A DNA stretch of 55,074 nt, counting the filler, from Dimargaris cristalligena (taxonomy: Eukaryota): NCBI GenBank assembly GCA_003614675.1. It is 2 parts of 2 records of this genome, joined end to end, with 100 filler letters (N's around TTAATTAATTAA, not from the genome) between each part and the next. Parts side by side here need not be neighbours in the genome. Positions count along the whole stretch, not along the records: positions 1 to 27,488 come from ML002518.1; positions 27,589 to 55,074 come from ML002519.1. One strand, given 5' to 3'. The notes beneath the pieces were generated by a model that was not told where the DNA came from, did no database searches, and saw only the letters and a program-made list of their open reading frames with translations. Both the position numbers and the translations under genes were made by a program. Shown one piece after another: positions 24,487 to 35,323 of this stretch (position 1 is its first letter; each line of letters opens with the position of its first letter).

Positions 24487-27293
24487 GCACCCCCCACTCC
24501 CCCCCCCACTGCTTCACTCCATCCGGACAAACGCTTTGGTCCTACACCATGCTTCATATTTCCACTCGCCACCCAACCCCCAATATTCCCCCATGGTGCA
24601 ACCCCAATTGAAATGAACCAATGCACGGTCGGGCCCATGTCGATGGAAAAATATAGTGTGTAAGGCTATTTGATGGGTCTGGGGCACCTTTCAGATGAGA
24701 CAATTCAGAGAAACCGCTAAAATGTAAGAGTATTTTAACTCCCCCCACCCCTACACACAGACGCACATTGTTTCAGTTTTTCTAATGGTGGTAAAGGCGT
24801 CACCAGGGAGTTACCTTTTTCGTTGGTAACCGGTGGCCGCTGTGGCATTGACATGCCCTGAGCATCGGTTGAACCATCTACCTTTTACCCACTACACCCC
24901 CTTCCCAAGGATTCTAAAACACTCATGGACTATAAGACTGCACTCCAGCGGTGAACCTCTATGGTGCATCTATTGGGGAGTGAGTGTGAAGATAAGCCAA
25001 TGATAATTACCTACCCTACTGACCTATCGCGACCCCGTCTAACTAAAAAAACCCGCAGTGATGACCGACTTTATATTTTATTTTATTTTAATATATATAT
25101 ATGTCTGACCATTGTCAAATGGTCCATCCCTAGAATAGTCCCAACAGTCAGGGGATGTTCAACTGTCAACTGATACTAGTCTGAAGCCACTGATTTATCC
25201 ATCCTGCTAAATCCCAGTCTGCTTTACACTACCTACTTACCCACCCACCCATTGAAGGCCACCCATATGGGGGAACTGTATCCGGATTACTTTACCCTCG
25301 TTACTTGAGGGGGATTGCTCATCAACCCACAACTAGGGTAATCTCCAGTACCTCTTTTTCGGCGGAGCCGGAGGGATCGGTTGGCAAGTCAAGGCAAGGG
25401 AAAGGAGGCAGGTACCTGTCATTATTGGAGGTTGCTGTATAAAGGGTGCCGTCGCCATCGACTAGTGCTCCTATTTTAAACCCGCCGTACAGCTTACATT
25501 TGGCCTAGCCCGTTGTACTTGTACTTATCCCAATAGCTGTACCCTAGCAGTGAGAAGGGAAGGGATGGGGAAAGAGGGGGGTAAACCTAAGAAAAACTGC
25601 CTACAGTTTAGTCATTCGGCCCCTAAGGTACATGTTACAAAATGCCGAAGGTAACTTAGATTGTATTACACCTATTATGTTCACCTACCACTCATTTTTT
25701 AAGTTTACTACCCTAATCTACCCAACCGCCGAATCACTCCCGTACTCAATGGCCAAAGACCCCACTCGTGTAAATTAGATATTAGTCGAGGCCATTTTTG
25801 GTCTTATTCGAGGCCCATTTTGAGAGAAAGGGGGAGGGATATGATAAAATAGGAATCAATAGCTCAGTCACTGGATTTGACTGCCTTTTCACTACAATAT
25901 AGAGCACTGAGTATTAGGCCACAGTCAAAGGGTTTCAATGGAAGCCAGAAAATGAAGCAGTGACATGATTTCATAATGGATCCTTCTTCCATCACTCGCA
26001 GGATTGGGTAGTTCAATACCAACTTGTACTAGGCCAGACTGGCCCCAATCAAGCCAACCGCGGAACATCAACTAGGCCAAGTAGACGACTGTCCCAAGGC
26101 CATTGTCTAGCCCCAACGTCCACGCCATCCATCTGATATATATTGTAGTATATAGGTGTGCGTATATATTGCAATTGTACAGAGATGATAAACCCTCTGC
26201 TGCTCCTCCATACAATTTGCACCACCCCTCATTGTACTTCTTTTCTTCTTCTTCCTCTGTTCACTCATACTTGTTCGTCATCCCTTGGCTTTTTTTATAT
26301 ACTATTGATCCGTACCAATCATCGGGAAGAATTTAGCGTCCTTGGTCACCTATAATACTATTTGCACATACACTCCAGCCCTGCCTCCGGCTCACTGTGC
26401 TGAGAGTAGTGCAACAAGGGATGGGCGGTTGCCTAGCGGGATACAGGGCGAGAAAGCCTATGGGCAGTAGGCGGGGGTTTAAAATTGGCCCTGTGTAACC
26501 CCGGTGGCCCATCCCTGCTGCTACTCCCGCTACTTTCATACGCCCATCCATCTCACACACCCATTCGCTTCCGTTTACCTGACGCATTGCCCCCCTCTTA
26601 CTCGGCAGGGCTTCTTGAGCTACCGGTTGGTTTCACCGGCCTAGTCCCCCCCCCAATGACCACTGGAGATGGCTTGGGTAATCTCTATTAACACATATCT
26701 ATAGTTTCGAGCATAAAGTCGTCCCTAAATAGCCCGCTGTTGCCGTCCGTATTCCATGAGTGCATCCTCAAAATAAAGGTATAAATGAAAAAATGGTTAC
26801 TTATATAGATCTATGTAATACTCTTTAATAAATATGCCCCTTTTCAGCGACACAATTTCCTAGCAGACTCAATTTGAAGCCAGTGATTCGGAGAGCCTTT
26901 AGCCAGGATGATGTGATGGACCGCCAGGATGGTCGTTGAATGAACGGTGGGAGAATTCTTAAAGTGACAGTCGGAGGAGAAGTTTCTACACATGTGTTGT
27001 GGAGGTGCTATGGGAAACTAGGTTGCTCACCAGGAGATTAACCTTAATGCTGTCTTAAGTTTTTATTTTTTACCACCAACCAGTCGGGCATTCCTTCCGG
27101 CTTTCGGCTACTTGATGACATAATTTTTGGCTATATAGAAATTCGATGGATGGGATATACCAAGAAAATGGGGTGGGTTGCCCTTTCATCTCGTCGATTG
27201 AGCCGTAAATTATCCATTTAGCCAAACTAGGCATCGTTAAACACAGGGACCATCGATTATTTTTTGTCGGATTCACACACACACACACACACA

Positions 27294-27328
<35 letters not shown>

Positions 27329-27987
27329 ATTTTTATAGTGAGCAAGATTTCATTAAAATATAACCCTGGCCTAATAGATAATATGCGGGGCTTTTGAAAA
27401 TGGCGCGTTGGTGGCCCCAGTGAGAGAAAATGTATATGGGTGAAGTTCAGCTTGGCTGTATAAGAGTTTAACTGATATGTGTATGGGANNNNNNNNNNNN
27501 NNNNNNNNNNNNNNNNNNNNNNNNNNNNNNNNTTAATTAATTAANNNNNNNNNNNNNNNNNNNNNNNNNNNNNNNNNNNNNNNNNNNNCCCGAGCCTGAG
27601 CCCTAGTCCCGAAAGCGAGACGCTCCCAAATGCCGGCCTAACAATAGACAGGAATTGTTTACAGTCTTTGGCGGAATAGCATATCCTACACGGGAAGTGA
27701 AAATGCATAGTCCTCTTGTGACCGAATGGAAGGGCTTGGATGTTTCTTAAGCTGCGCCGGTAGTAATAGGACTCGTCCTTTTATAATTAAGTACGGCTTA
27801 GTGGTATAGTGGGTACTGGTTAAAGTGTGTGAAAGAGGCAGTACCCTAAGGTTTCATAAGTAAAGGTGAATGGGAAAAAGCCACTGAACCGAGGGAAAAT
27901 AGCCGACTGCTCCTTCACTTTGGATTCCTATTTGTCTCAGCGGCCTTGGTAATTAGCTGGACCACCGCCTCTCTCTCTCTCTCTCTC
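18156..27987 (+). repeat. Dispersed (CT)n microsatellites at about 18156-18182, 20573-20597, 22171-22200, 24450-24486, 27274-27327 (compound CA/CT) and 27969-27987
   Basis: Directly visible in the sequence. Confidence 0.9.
27489..27588. other. Assembly gap with artificial TTAATTAATTAA six-frame-stop linker (44 N + 12 + 44 N)
   Basis: The linker at 27533-27544 is centred in a 100-nt gap. Confidence 0.95.
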
Positions 27988-28085
27988 GAATTTACCTGGT
28001 AATCCCTCTTCTTTAAGTTTGTTTGGTGTTTGCTTGCTAGTCCCCCACCCCCATTACCTTTTACCAGTCTAACCACCTTTCAACC

Positions 28086-28794
28086 ATGGACGACGACCTT
28101 CAAGCCATCCGTGCCCGCCGCCTCGCCGAGCTCCAAGGCCGCCAAGCGGGTGCCTCCCCCTCCGCCGCCTCTTCCGGCAGTCCCCTCGGCCGTCAAGCCG
28201 GTGGAGGGCCCGGGGCAGGAGGTAGCGAAGAAGAAGAAGCGCAAAAGCGCCAGCAGATGGAAGAACGCCGCCAAATGATGCTGTCCCAGATTCTCGAAGG
28301 GGACGCTCGGGAACGTCTGGCCCGCATCGCCATGGTCAAGGCGGACAAGGCCCGGGGAGTCGAGGATATGCTGATCCGGATGGCGCAGACGGGCCAGCTG
28401 CGCGGTAAAGTGAACGAGTCGCAGCTGATTGGGCTGTTGGAACAGATCAGCGAGAAGTCGAAGAAGAATGAGCCCAAGATTGTGGTAAGTACTTCCCATT
28501 CCCTACTCTTCTCCCCTCCTACAAATCGGTTTAATTAAGCTCGGGGACAAGGCGGAGTTTAGACATGGCCGACTGGGGGAGGTCGGCCTTTATTATCCAC
28601 CCTCGGTGAGATCGCGTTAAATTAGCTGACCCGGGTGTTAAGACTAACGAATAATCACGTCTATTTTGGTTTCCTTGTTGTCTTTTGGGTTTATTCCCAT
28701 ACCGTATCGGTGGGCTAATCCATGACGTCTATGCTAACTATAGTTCAACCGGCGGCGGGATGACGACGACGACGATGACGATTTCAATCTGTAA
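28086..28794 (+). CDS. PDCD5: Programmed cell death protein 5 / dsDNA-binding protein (149 aa); exons 28086-28484, 28744-28794
   Basis: MDDDLQAIRARRLAELQ, MLSQILEGDARERLARIAMVK, GQLRGKVNESQLIGLLEQI; the spliced tail IVFNRRRDDDDDDDDFNL is typical of the family. Confidence 0.95.
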
Positions 28795-29942
28795 TTGCCC
28801 TTCTTACTCCGGATAGACGTTCGAATGACAAGGGCGGTATGATCTCTACAATGGATATGTTCCCTCTATCAGACCCCTCAATGGTCCCGTACTCGGATTA
28901 GTCTGTCTGGGAAAATATCGTCCAACGTCACACCGCTTTCCCTTACGACATTGTCCGATATTCTGGGTGTGCTTTCATTAATGAAGTTAATGGATGGTTT
29001 GTATCCAAGATATCCGCACTTAATTGGGGGTACCCGCCTACCGCCCCAACCCTGATACCCTCCCCTGGCATTACTATACTACCAGCCATATTTTTCTCCA
29101 CCACCCTTTGAGTCGTAGTAATAAATATATATACCTGCCTATATAATTTAGGTTTAAGGAGATTGGTTGAATGGACTTGGGCGGTTGGACCATTATTGGT
29201 AAATAAGCACAAGCCCCGCGGGTCTGCCAAACCTTGTGGCAATGGCATCTGATAATTATTAACCCAAAGGTCGCGCTGGAGCCAGTCACTGAATTGCCCG
29301 TATTTCCTTTTCATTAATCACCGAAATCTAACACACTCCGACGCCCATTCGTGGTTGGCGGAAAGGCAGGCGAGGGGAGGAGGAGGGGGCGACGCCCCCC
29401 ATCCGAAGTCGATATAAATATAAATATATGTATTGGTATTATTCTAGCCACCCAATCCCCGCACTTGTACTTGCGGGGGTCGTCGAGTTCCTCACATGCC
29501 AATACAGTGGGTGTAGTCGAGGCGTTTTTCGCCAACCTCCGAACCCCGAATTAAGGCCAATGGGCAGCTACGAATGTAATGGTGGTATATATCGGGCGTT
29601 TCGGAGGAATGTGTGGGGGGAGGCTGGCCGGTCGGAATTGTTCTAGAGTCGTTTTCGCTTAGTTTGGCTTGGCTTGTGTTTTTGGAGCTAGTGGGCAATC
29701 TCACCTTTGGTGTTAGAGGAATAGAGATATGGGGGGGATAAAGAGAGGCTAGTGCCAGCGGCGACTGTAGGCCAACCAACCATCTCGTACGTTTTCCTGT
29801 TGCTCCACGCTAACAGTCCACGTACGACGGGTATTGCCTGGTTGGCTTGTCTCCCAACAACCGCCTGATAACTTGTCTAGTCTATTTTATCATAATCTAT
29901 AGACAATACACATATATATATAAAGTCCTCTCTTTTGCCTCC

Positions 29943-31674
29943 ATGTTGCGCTCATTCCTCCCCACTCGTCTTCACTCCATAGACCCTTTAGTTCGTACAA
30001 GGTGTACTCCACACTTGTTGTCTCTGCCGCCCATTGGACTTGGTTTGACTCCCAAGGTCTCATTGTATCGCACTGCCTCACTGTCCTGTTTCTTACCTTG
30101 GTCTGACACCCCACCACCACTACTAACACCGGTTTTATCCTCGACCCGTTCCTTTACCACTGTCAGCTCTCCTGCGAATACCTCCTCTTTCCAGCAACTA
30201 CGTACCTCACAGTCACCATTGGCATTACCACCTCTGTCTTCTCGAGTCTCCCTTTGGGCCCATTGCGTCAGACCCGCCGCAGCAACTCCCCTCATTCACC
30301 CCCCGCACCGTGCTCAACTATCGACCATGTCCAGCTCGCAGTCCCTCGAAAAGGTCTGCATCATCGGCTCCGGCAATTGGTAGGTTGGCCCGTCTCTAAA
30401 AGAAAAGTCCGAATGGCGTGACTGGTATGGCCGCTAACTCCCAAGTCCATACTTAGTGGCCTGGGCCTTCTATACAGTGACTGGTTCAAATCCGGTACTT
30501 TATTGAGACTGATTTCCCGACTATCCCCCACCCCACACACACAGAGAGAGAGAGGCAATCTATCCAGGGCCATATTTAACCACTGCCCCACTTTATCACC
30601 ATCACTATTACCATCCATAGGGGCACCGCTGTAGCCAAAATTGTGGGCAATAATGTCACCCGGTTCCCCCATATTGACTCCAAGGTGATGATGTGGGTGT
30701 TTGAAGAACAGGTAGACGGCACCCCTTTGACCGAGGTCATCAACACCCGCCACGAGAATACCAAGTACCTCCCAGGTATTCAGCTTCCCGCCAACGTGGT
30801 AGCGGAGCCCAACCTGCTTAAAGCCGCCCGGGACGCCACCCTATTGATATTTGTTCTGCCCCACCAGTTTATCCGCCACACCTGCGTAGAACTCCGCGGG
30901 CACATCCGACCCAACGCCAAGGCCATTTCACTGGTGAAGGGCCTGGATACCCACGACGGCGGCCTGGATTTAGTGTCCAACGTCATTGCCGACGAACTCA
31001 GCAAGCCCTCGGGCTCCTCATCCACCAATGGCAACGGCCGGACGGATCGGCTGGATGTCAGTATCCTGAGCGGCGCCAACATCGCCAACGAAATCGCCCA
31101 GGAAAAATTCAGCGAAACCACCATTGGGTACCGCATTGAACAGAACGGCCGGTTGTTCCACGACCTCTTCAACACTTCCTACTTCCGCGTCAACATCGTC
31201 AACGACCCCAGCGGCGTCGAACTCTGCGGGGCATTAAAGAACGTCGTTGCGTTAGGGGCCGGTTTCGTCGACGGGCTCGACCTGGGCGACAACACCAAAG
31301 CCGCCATCATTCGCATTGGGCTGATGGAAATGATGCGCATCGCCCAATACGTCGACCCGTCCGTCCGGGACGCCACGTTCTTCGAGTCGTGCGGCATTGC
31401 CGATGTCATCACCACCTGCTACGGCGGCCGGAATCGGCGCATCGCTGAAGCGTTCGTGCGGACCGGCTTGCCCTTTGATGATCTGGAAAAGGAAATGCTA
31501 AACGGCCAGAAGTTGCAGGGCACGTCGACGTGTTTGAAGGTGTGCCAGTTTCTGCGGGAACGCCAGTTAAGTCAGGAGTTCCCGTTGTTTACGACCATTT
31601 ACAATATTTGTTTCCAAGGGTTGCCGCCCGACCACATTACGCAATTCCCCTTGCCCCATCTCTCCAAAATGTGA
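29943..31674 (+). CDS. GPD1: NAD-dependent glycerol-3-phosphate dehydrogenase; exon 1 from ATG 29943 (496 aa) or ATG 30327 (368 aa) to 30379, exon 2 30621-31674
   Basis: KVCIIGSGNW/GTAVAK spans the intron; HENTKYLPG, FVLPHQF, LSGANIANE, VELCGALKN, LGDNTKAAIIRIGL, TTCYGGRNR, LNGQKLQG. Ends in SKM*. Confidence 0.95.
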
Positions 31675-32475
31675 GTGAATGAGAGTTAGTTAGTTAATTA
31701 GTTAGCTAGTCTGACTGGCTTCGCTTTTGACGACTGTGCTTTTTTAAAAGAAAGGGAGAATTATTCCCGACGTCGGGTTTACTGCAGTGCGAATTTTGCA
31801 TATTACGGCCAATCCCAAATATGTCGAATAAATTGTCCGTATAAACCCCCCACATTCAGACCGATTCTAGAGTGGTTGGCAACGGATAGGAATGACACTC
31901 CAAACCTGGAAGGGGAGGGCGGTGGAATCCGAGTGTTTGGGAAGTCTATCTCTGCAACGATGACTAATATGCTCGATTTGCCAAGCATTTCAGTGGCATG
32001 AAAATTATGGACAAGTGGGGGAGGCAATACCGGATTAGCTACAATTATATCCAAACGTAATAAGAAACGACTCAAGGGATTTGGGCCGAGCTGTGGGTGT
32101 CTACGGCACAGGGTTTATCCTTAGCGGCGGGGTGTATTCGCTCGCCTACCCCCCTCCCCTTTACTTTACTCTACCTTTACTAATATACTGCCCCCTTTAT
32201 CCTACAGAATAATGGCATCTATAGCCACAACTGGGCTTAGTCACTTACTTCAGTGCATGCCGGAGTTTACAAGGCGTACGATGCATCGGGGATAGAGAGT
32301 GACCTCAACTCTCCTACACTCTAATCTGATGTGGCTCGGCCATATCACCCTCTCGCTCACTCGCTCACTCACTCGCTTGATTGTCTCCTCTGAACTGTAT
32401 TTCTTAGGGACTGTCTGCCGTGTCGGTATGGCGTTCATATACCAATGGACGTAGTAATAAAGTAGTCATTGTGTG

Positions 32476-32625
32476 TGACTCACGTATGGCTGGACGGCTT
32501 AATCACCCAATGATTGGATTTAGTATTCGCCCTGGCAAATCGCATCATAGGTATATAGTTGATAAATAGCCCGTCTATCATATAGAGACTCTATTTCCCA
32601 ATGGTTCTTCGTTAAAACCCCTCCC

Positions 32626-32669
<44 letters not shown>

Positions 32670-32967
32670 TATATTATCTATACACCCCCTCTCATCCTCT
32701 TCTTCTCTCCCAACTCGTTATATTAATTACCCCTGTTGGAATTCTACCGAGATATCTAAAAGGTTTGATGATGAATCACTTACGCTCGGGTATTCTCTGC
32801 CGATAGACCCACTCCACCACCCCTGGCTGGTGGGGGGTTCTCCACTTCCTTTCCATTCGGTATTTATAGCCCACTATTACGCGGTGCGTATTATGGTGAC
32901 TCTTGTCCACTACCATACCTCCATTATTTAGCGTGACCGTCCCTCTGTCATTTCGGCCATTGACTCA
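32476..32967 (+). promoter_or_regulatory. Gcn4/CpcA(AP-1)-like sites upstream of chorismate mutase
   Basis: TGACTCA at 32476 and 32961; TGACTC at 32897. Confidence 0.5.
32628..32664. repeat. (AT)n microsatellite
   Basis: Directly visible. Shorter (AT)n tracts occur near 3870, 49105 and 51289. Confidence 0.9.
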
Positions 32968-33147
32968 TCCTGTATGTTTGCCATACGATCCCTTCTGTCT
33001 GCCCCCTACCCCAATCCTTTTTCTGCCACCCGCTTCTCCTCTCTAGTACCCACCGTAGTTCAACCCCGCCGGCTGGTTCTATTCCTAGCCGCATTAACCA
33101 TCGTCTCCCCGCTATTAACCTCCGCGCAAGCACCGGCCCCAACCGCC

Positions 33148-34413
33148 ATGGATTTGCTTAAAACCCAGACTCAGCTGTCACTTTCCGAATTGCGTAACAC
33201 GCTTATTCGACTTGAAGACACTATCATTTTCGGTAAGTCTGCCTCCGCTTTTTGCGGTGGTTACCATAAATACAAGCATCCCCTGATATCCTTGTACCCT
33301 ATCTGGAAATTAGGGGGCAGGTTGGCCCACTGCTACCCCCCCCCCCTTTCCTCCCCGCTAGAGAGGCACCGCCTTTATTGAACGCCTCTTTTTTAGCCCG
33401 GCCATTTCAATTATATTCCCAAATTATATGGTCAAGGTGATGGTGGCGTTTGGTGGCGCCATCCTTAAAATAACCCCCTGCTAATTCTATCAATCCCATG
33501 GAGAGCCATGATGAGCTAACCAAACTACCATACGCGTAACCTGTAATTAAATGAAATCTGCCCTTTCCTCGCCCCCACTATTATTGTCTCCCCCCCCCCC
33601 TTGTGATCAGGTCTCATCGAGCGGGCCCAGTTCAAATCCAACGACATCATCTACCAACAGGGCGCCTTTCACTTCGACAATGGCTTCACCGGCTCGTTCC
33701 TCGAATACCTAATCTGGGAGCTCGAAAAAGCCCACGCCAAAGTCCGGCGCTACCAAAGTCCCGACGAATACCCTTTTACCCCCGCCGACCACCAACCTCC
33801 ACTCCCGGCGCCTATCCTCCCCGCCCTGGACTATCCGCCCATCCTGCACCCCAACCACATCAACATTAATGCCCAAATCCTGACCATGTACACCGCCTCC
33901 CTAATCCCCCAGGCCTGTGCGCCGGGTGACGATAGCAATTACGGTTCATCCGCCACCAAAGACGTCGAATGCCTCCAAAACCTGTCCAAACGGATCCACT
34001 ACGGCAAATTCATTGCTGAATCCAAATTCCAGGATCCCCAGTACCACGACCAGTACGTGCAACTCATCAAGGCCCGGGACGCCAAGGGGATTTACCAGCT
34101 GTTGACCAACGAGGCCGTCGAACGGAAACTGCTTCGGCGGTTACGGCGGAAGGCGACCATCTACGGGCAGGATATCGACGATGATGATGGTGATGATAAT
34201 CAGTCCCCGGCCACTACCACTACTGCCCCCGTCCGGCATTCGACTGATACTAGTCTGCCCCAGACGAATGGAACAGCCACGGCCACGGCGACTGCGAACG
34301 CTGCTGGTCCGTCTAAAATTAGCCCCGATGTGGTAGTGGATTTGTACGAGAAATACGTGATCCCGTTGACTAAACAAGTTGAAGTGGATTATCTGCTGCA
34401 ACGACTCGATTAG
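33148..34413 (+). CDS. ARO7: Chorismate mutase, eukaryotic AroQ type (295 aa); exons 33148-33232, 33611-34413; possible upstream in-frame ATG at 32974
   Basis: LSELRNTLIRLEDTIIF/GLIERAQF, VRRYQSPDEYPF, NYGSSATKDVECLQNLSKRIHYGKFIAESKF, VIPLTKQVEVDYLLQRL. Confidence 0.96.
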
Positions 34414-35323
34414 ACTGTCCGGGTTATTATTTATTTATTTTAATCCTTTATTTATAAATTGAGGTTTTTATAGTTAAGGGAGCGTACTATTATTCTAGAC
34501 TACCCTCCCCCCCCTCCATTTCATCCCAGTACAACACCCTCTCTCGGTGAACACTTTCGTTTGGTTATCATTATATTCTATGACATTGTCGTGACAAATT
34601 ACGAATTAAATTAGTCTACATACTTCGTAATAATCCATACAGTTGGTTAAATCGTAACCTTAATGACATGCGGCCATCTAAATGGCATTGTCTCAAGTAG
34701 GAGAGTTTGTGAATATGTGTTTATATAAGTTGATGGCCAAGCTGGACGTATATTTGCGGAGATTGAGTGGGAAGCAGTTAGAGAAGAGCAAAGTGGGATA
34801 ATTGAACATATCGAAATGGTCGAGGAAGCATGAAGTGGGAAAGGGGATATAGAAATAAAGAAAAAAAAATAAAGAAAGACGGGGACAATATTCAAAGAAG
34901 TAATTAGAAACAAATACAAGAAAATAAATAGAGCGGTTTATAGATAAATAAACTCCTCCAAAAAAATATAATATAAAAAAAGGGCCAAACTAATCAGTAA
35001 GAAATAATCAAAAGGCTTCATCAATAAAGGGAGATATTGGGGCCGTTTGCTGATTTTTCCGAAGCCATATGGGGGGAGGTGGTCACGCAATGGGCTGCTG
35101 AAAAATAAAATATATTGAAGTAGAAAACCACCCATTCTTCAATAATCCAAAGCAGAGGACGGTGCCTTATAGGAAAGTAAAACCAATGTCATAAAAGCCC
35201 AAACCCCTTAGAGAATAAAGGTAAAGTGAGATAAACGGTATCGGATTCTGTTACTGCCATTCATTAATAATCCTTCGTTGATCCAACCTATCCAACCTTC
35301 TCGTCCTTCTCCCCCCACACCTT

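Noticed and set aside
25058-25118. GTGATGA...CTGA, resembling a box C/D snoRNA
   Set aside because: The interior is simple AT sequence, with no recognisable rRNA guide or terminal stem.
27533-27544. TTAATTAATTAA palindrome
   Set aside because: Artificial scaffold linker centred in Ns.
28567-28588. GGCCGAC/GTCGGCC hairpin in the PDCD5 intron
   Set aside because: A single short stem with no H/ACA or C/D boxes in the proper arrangement.
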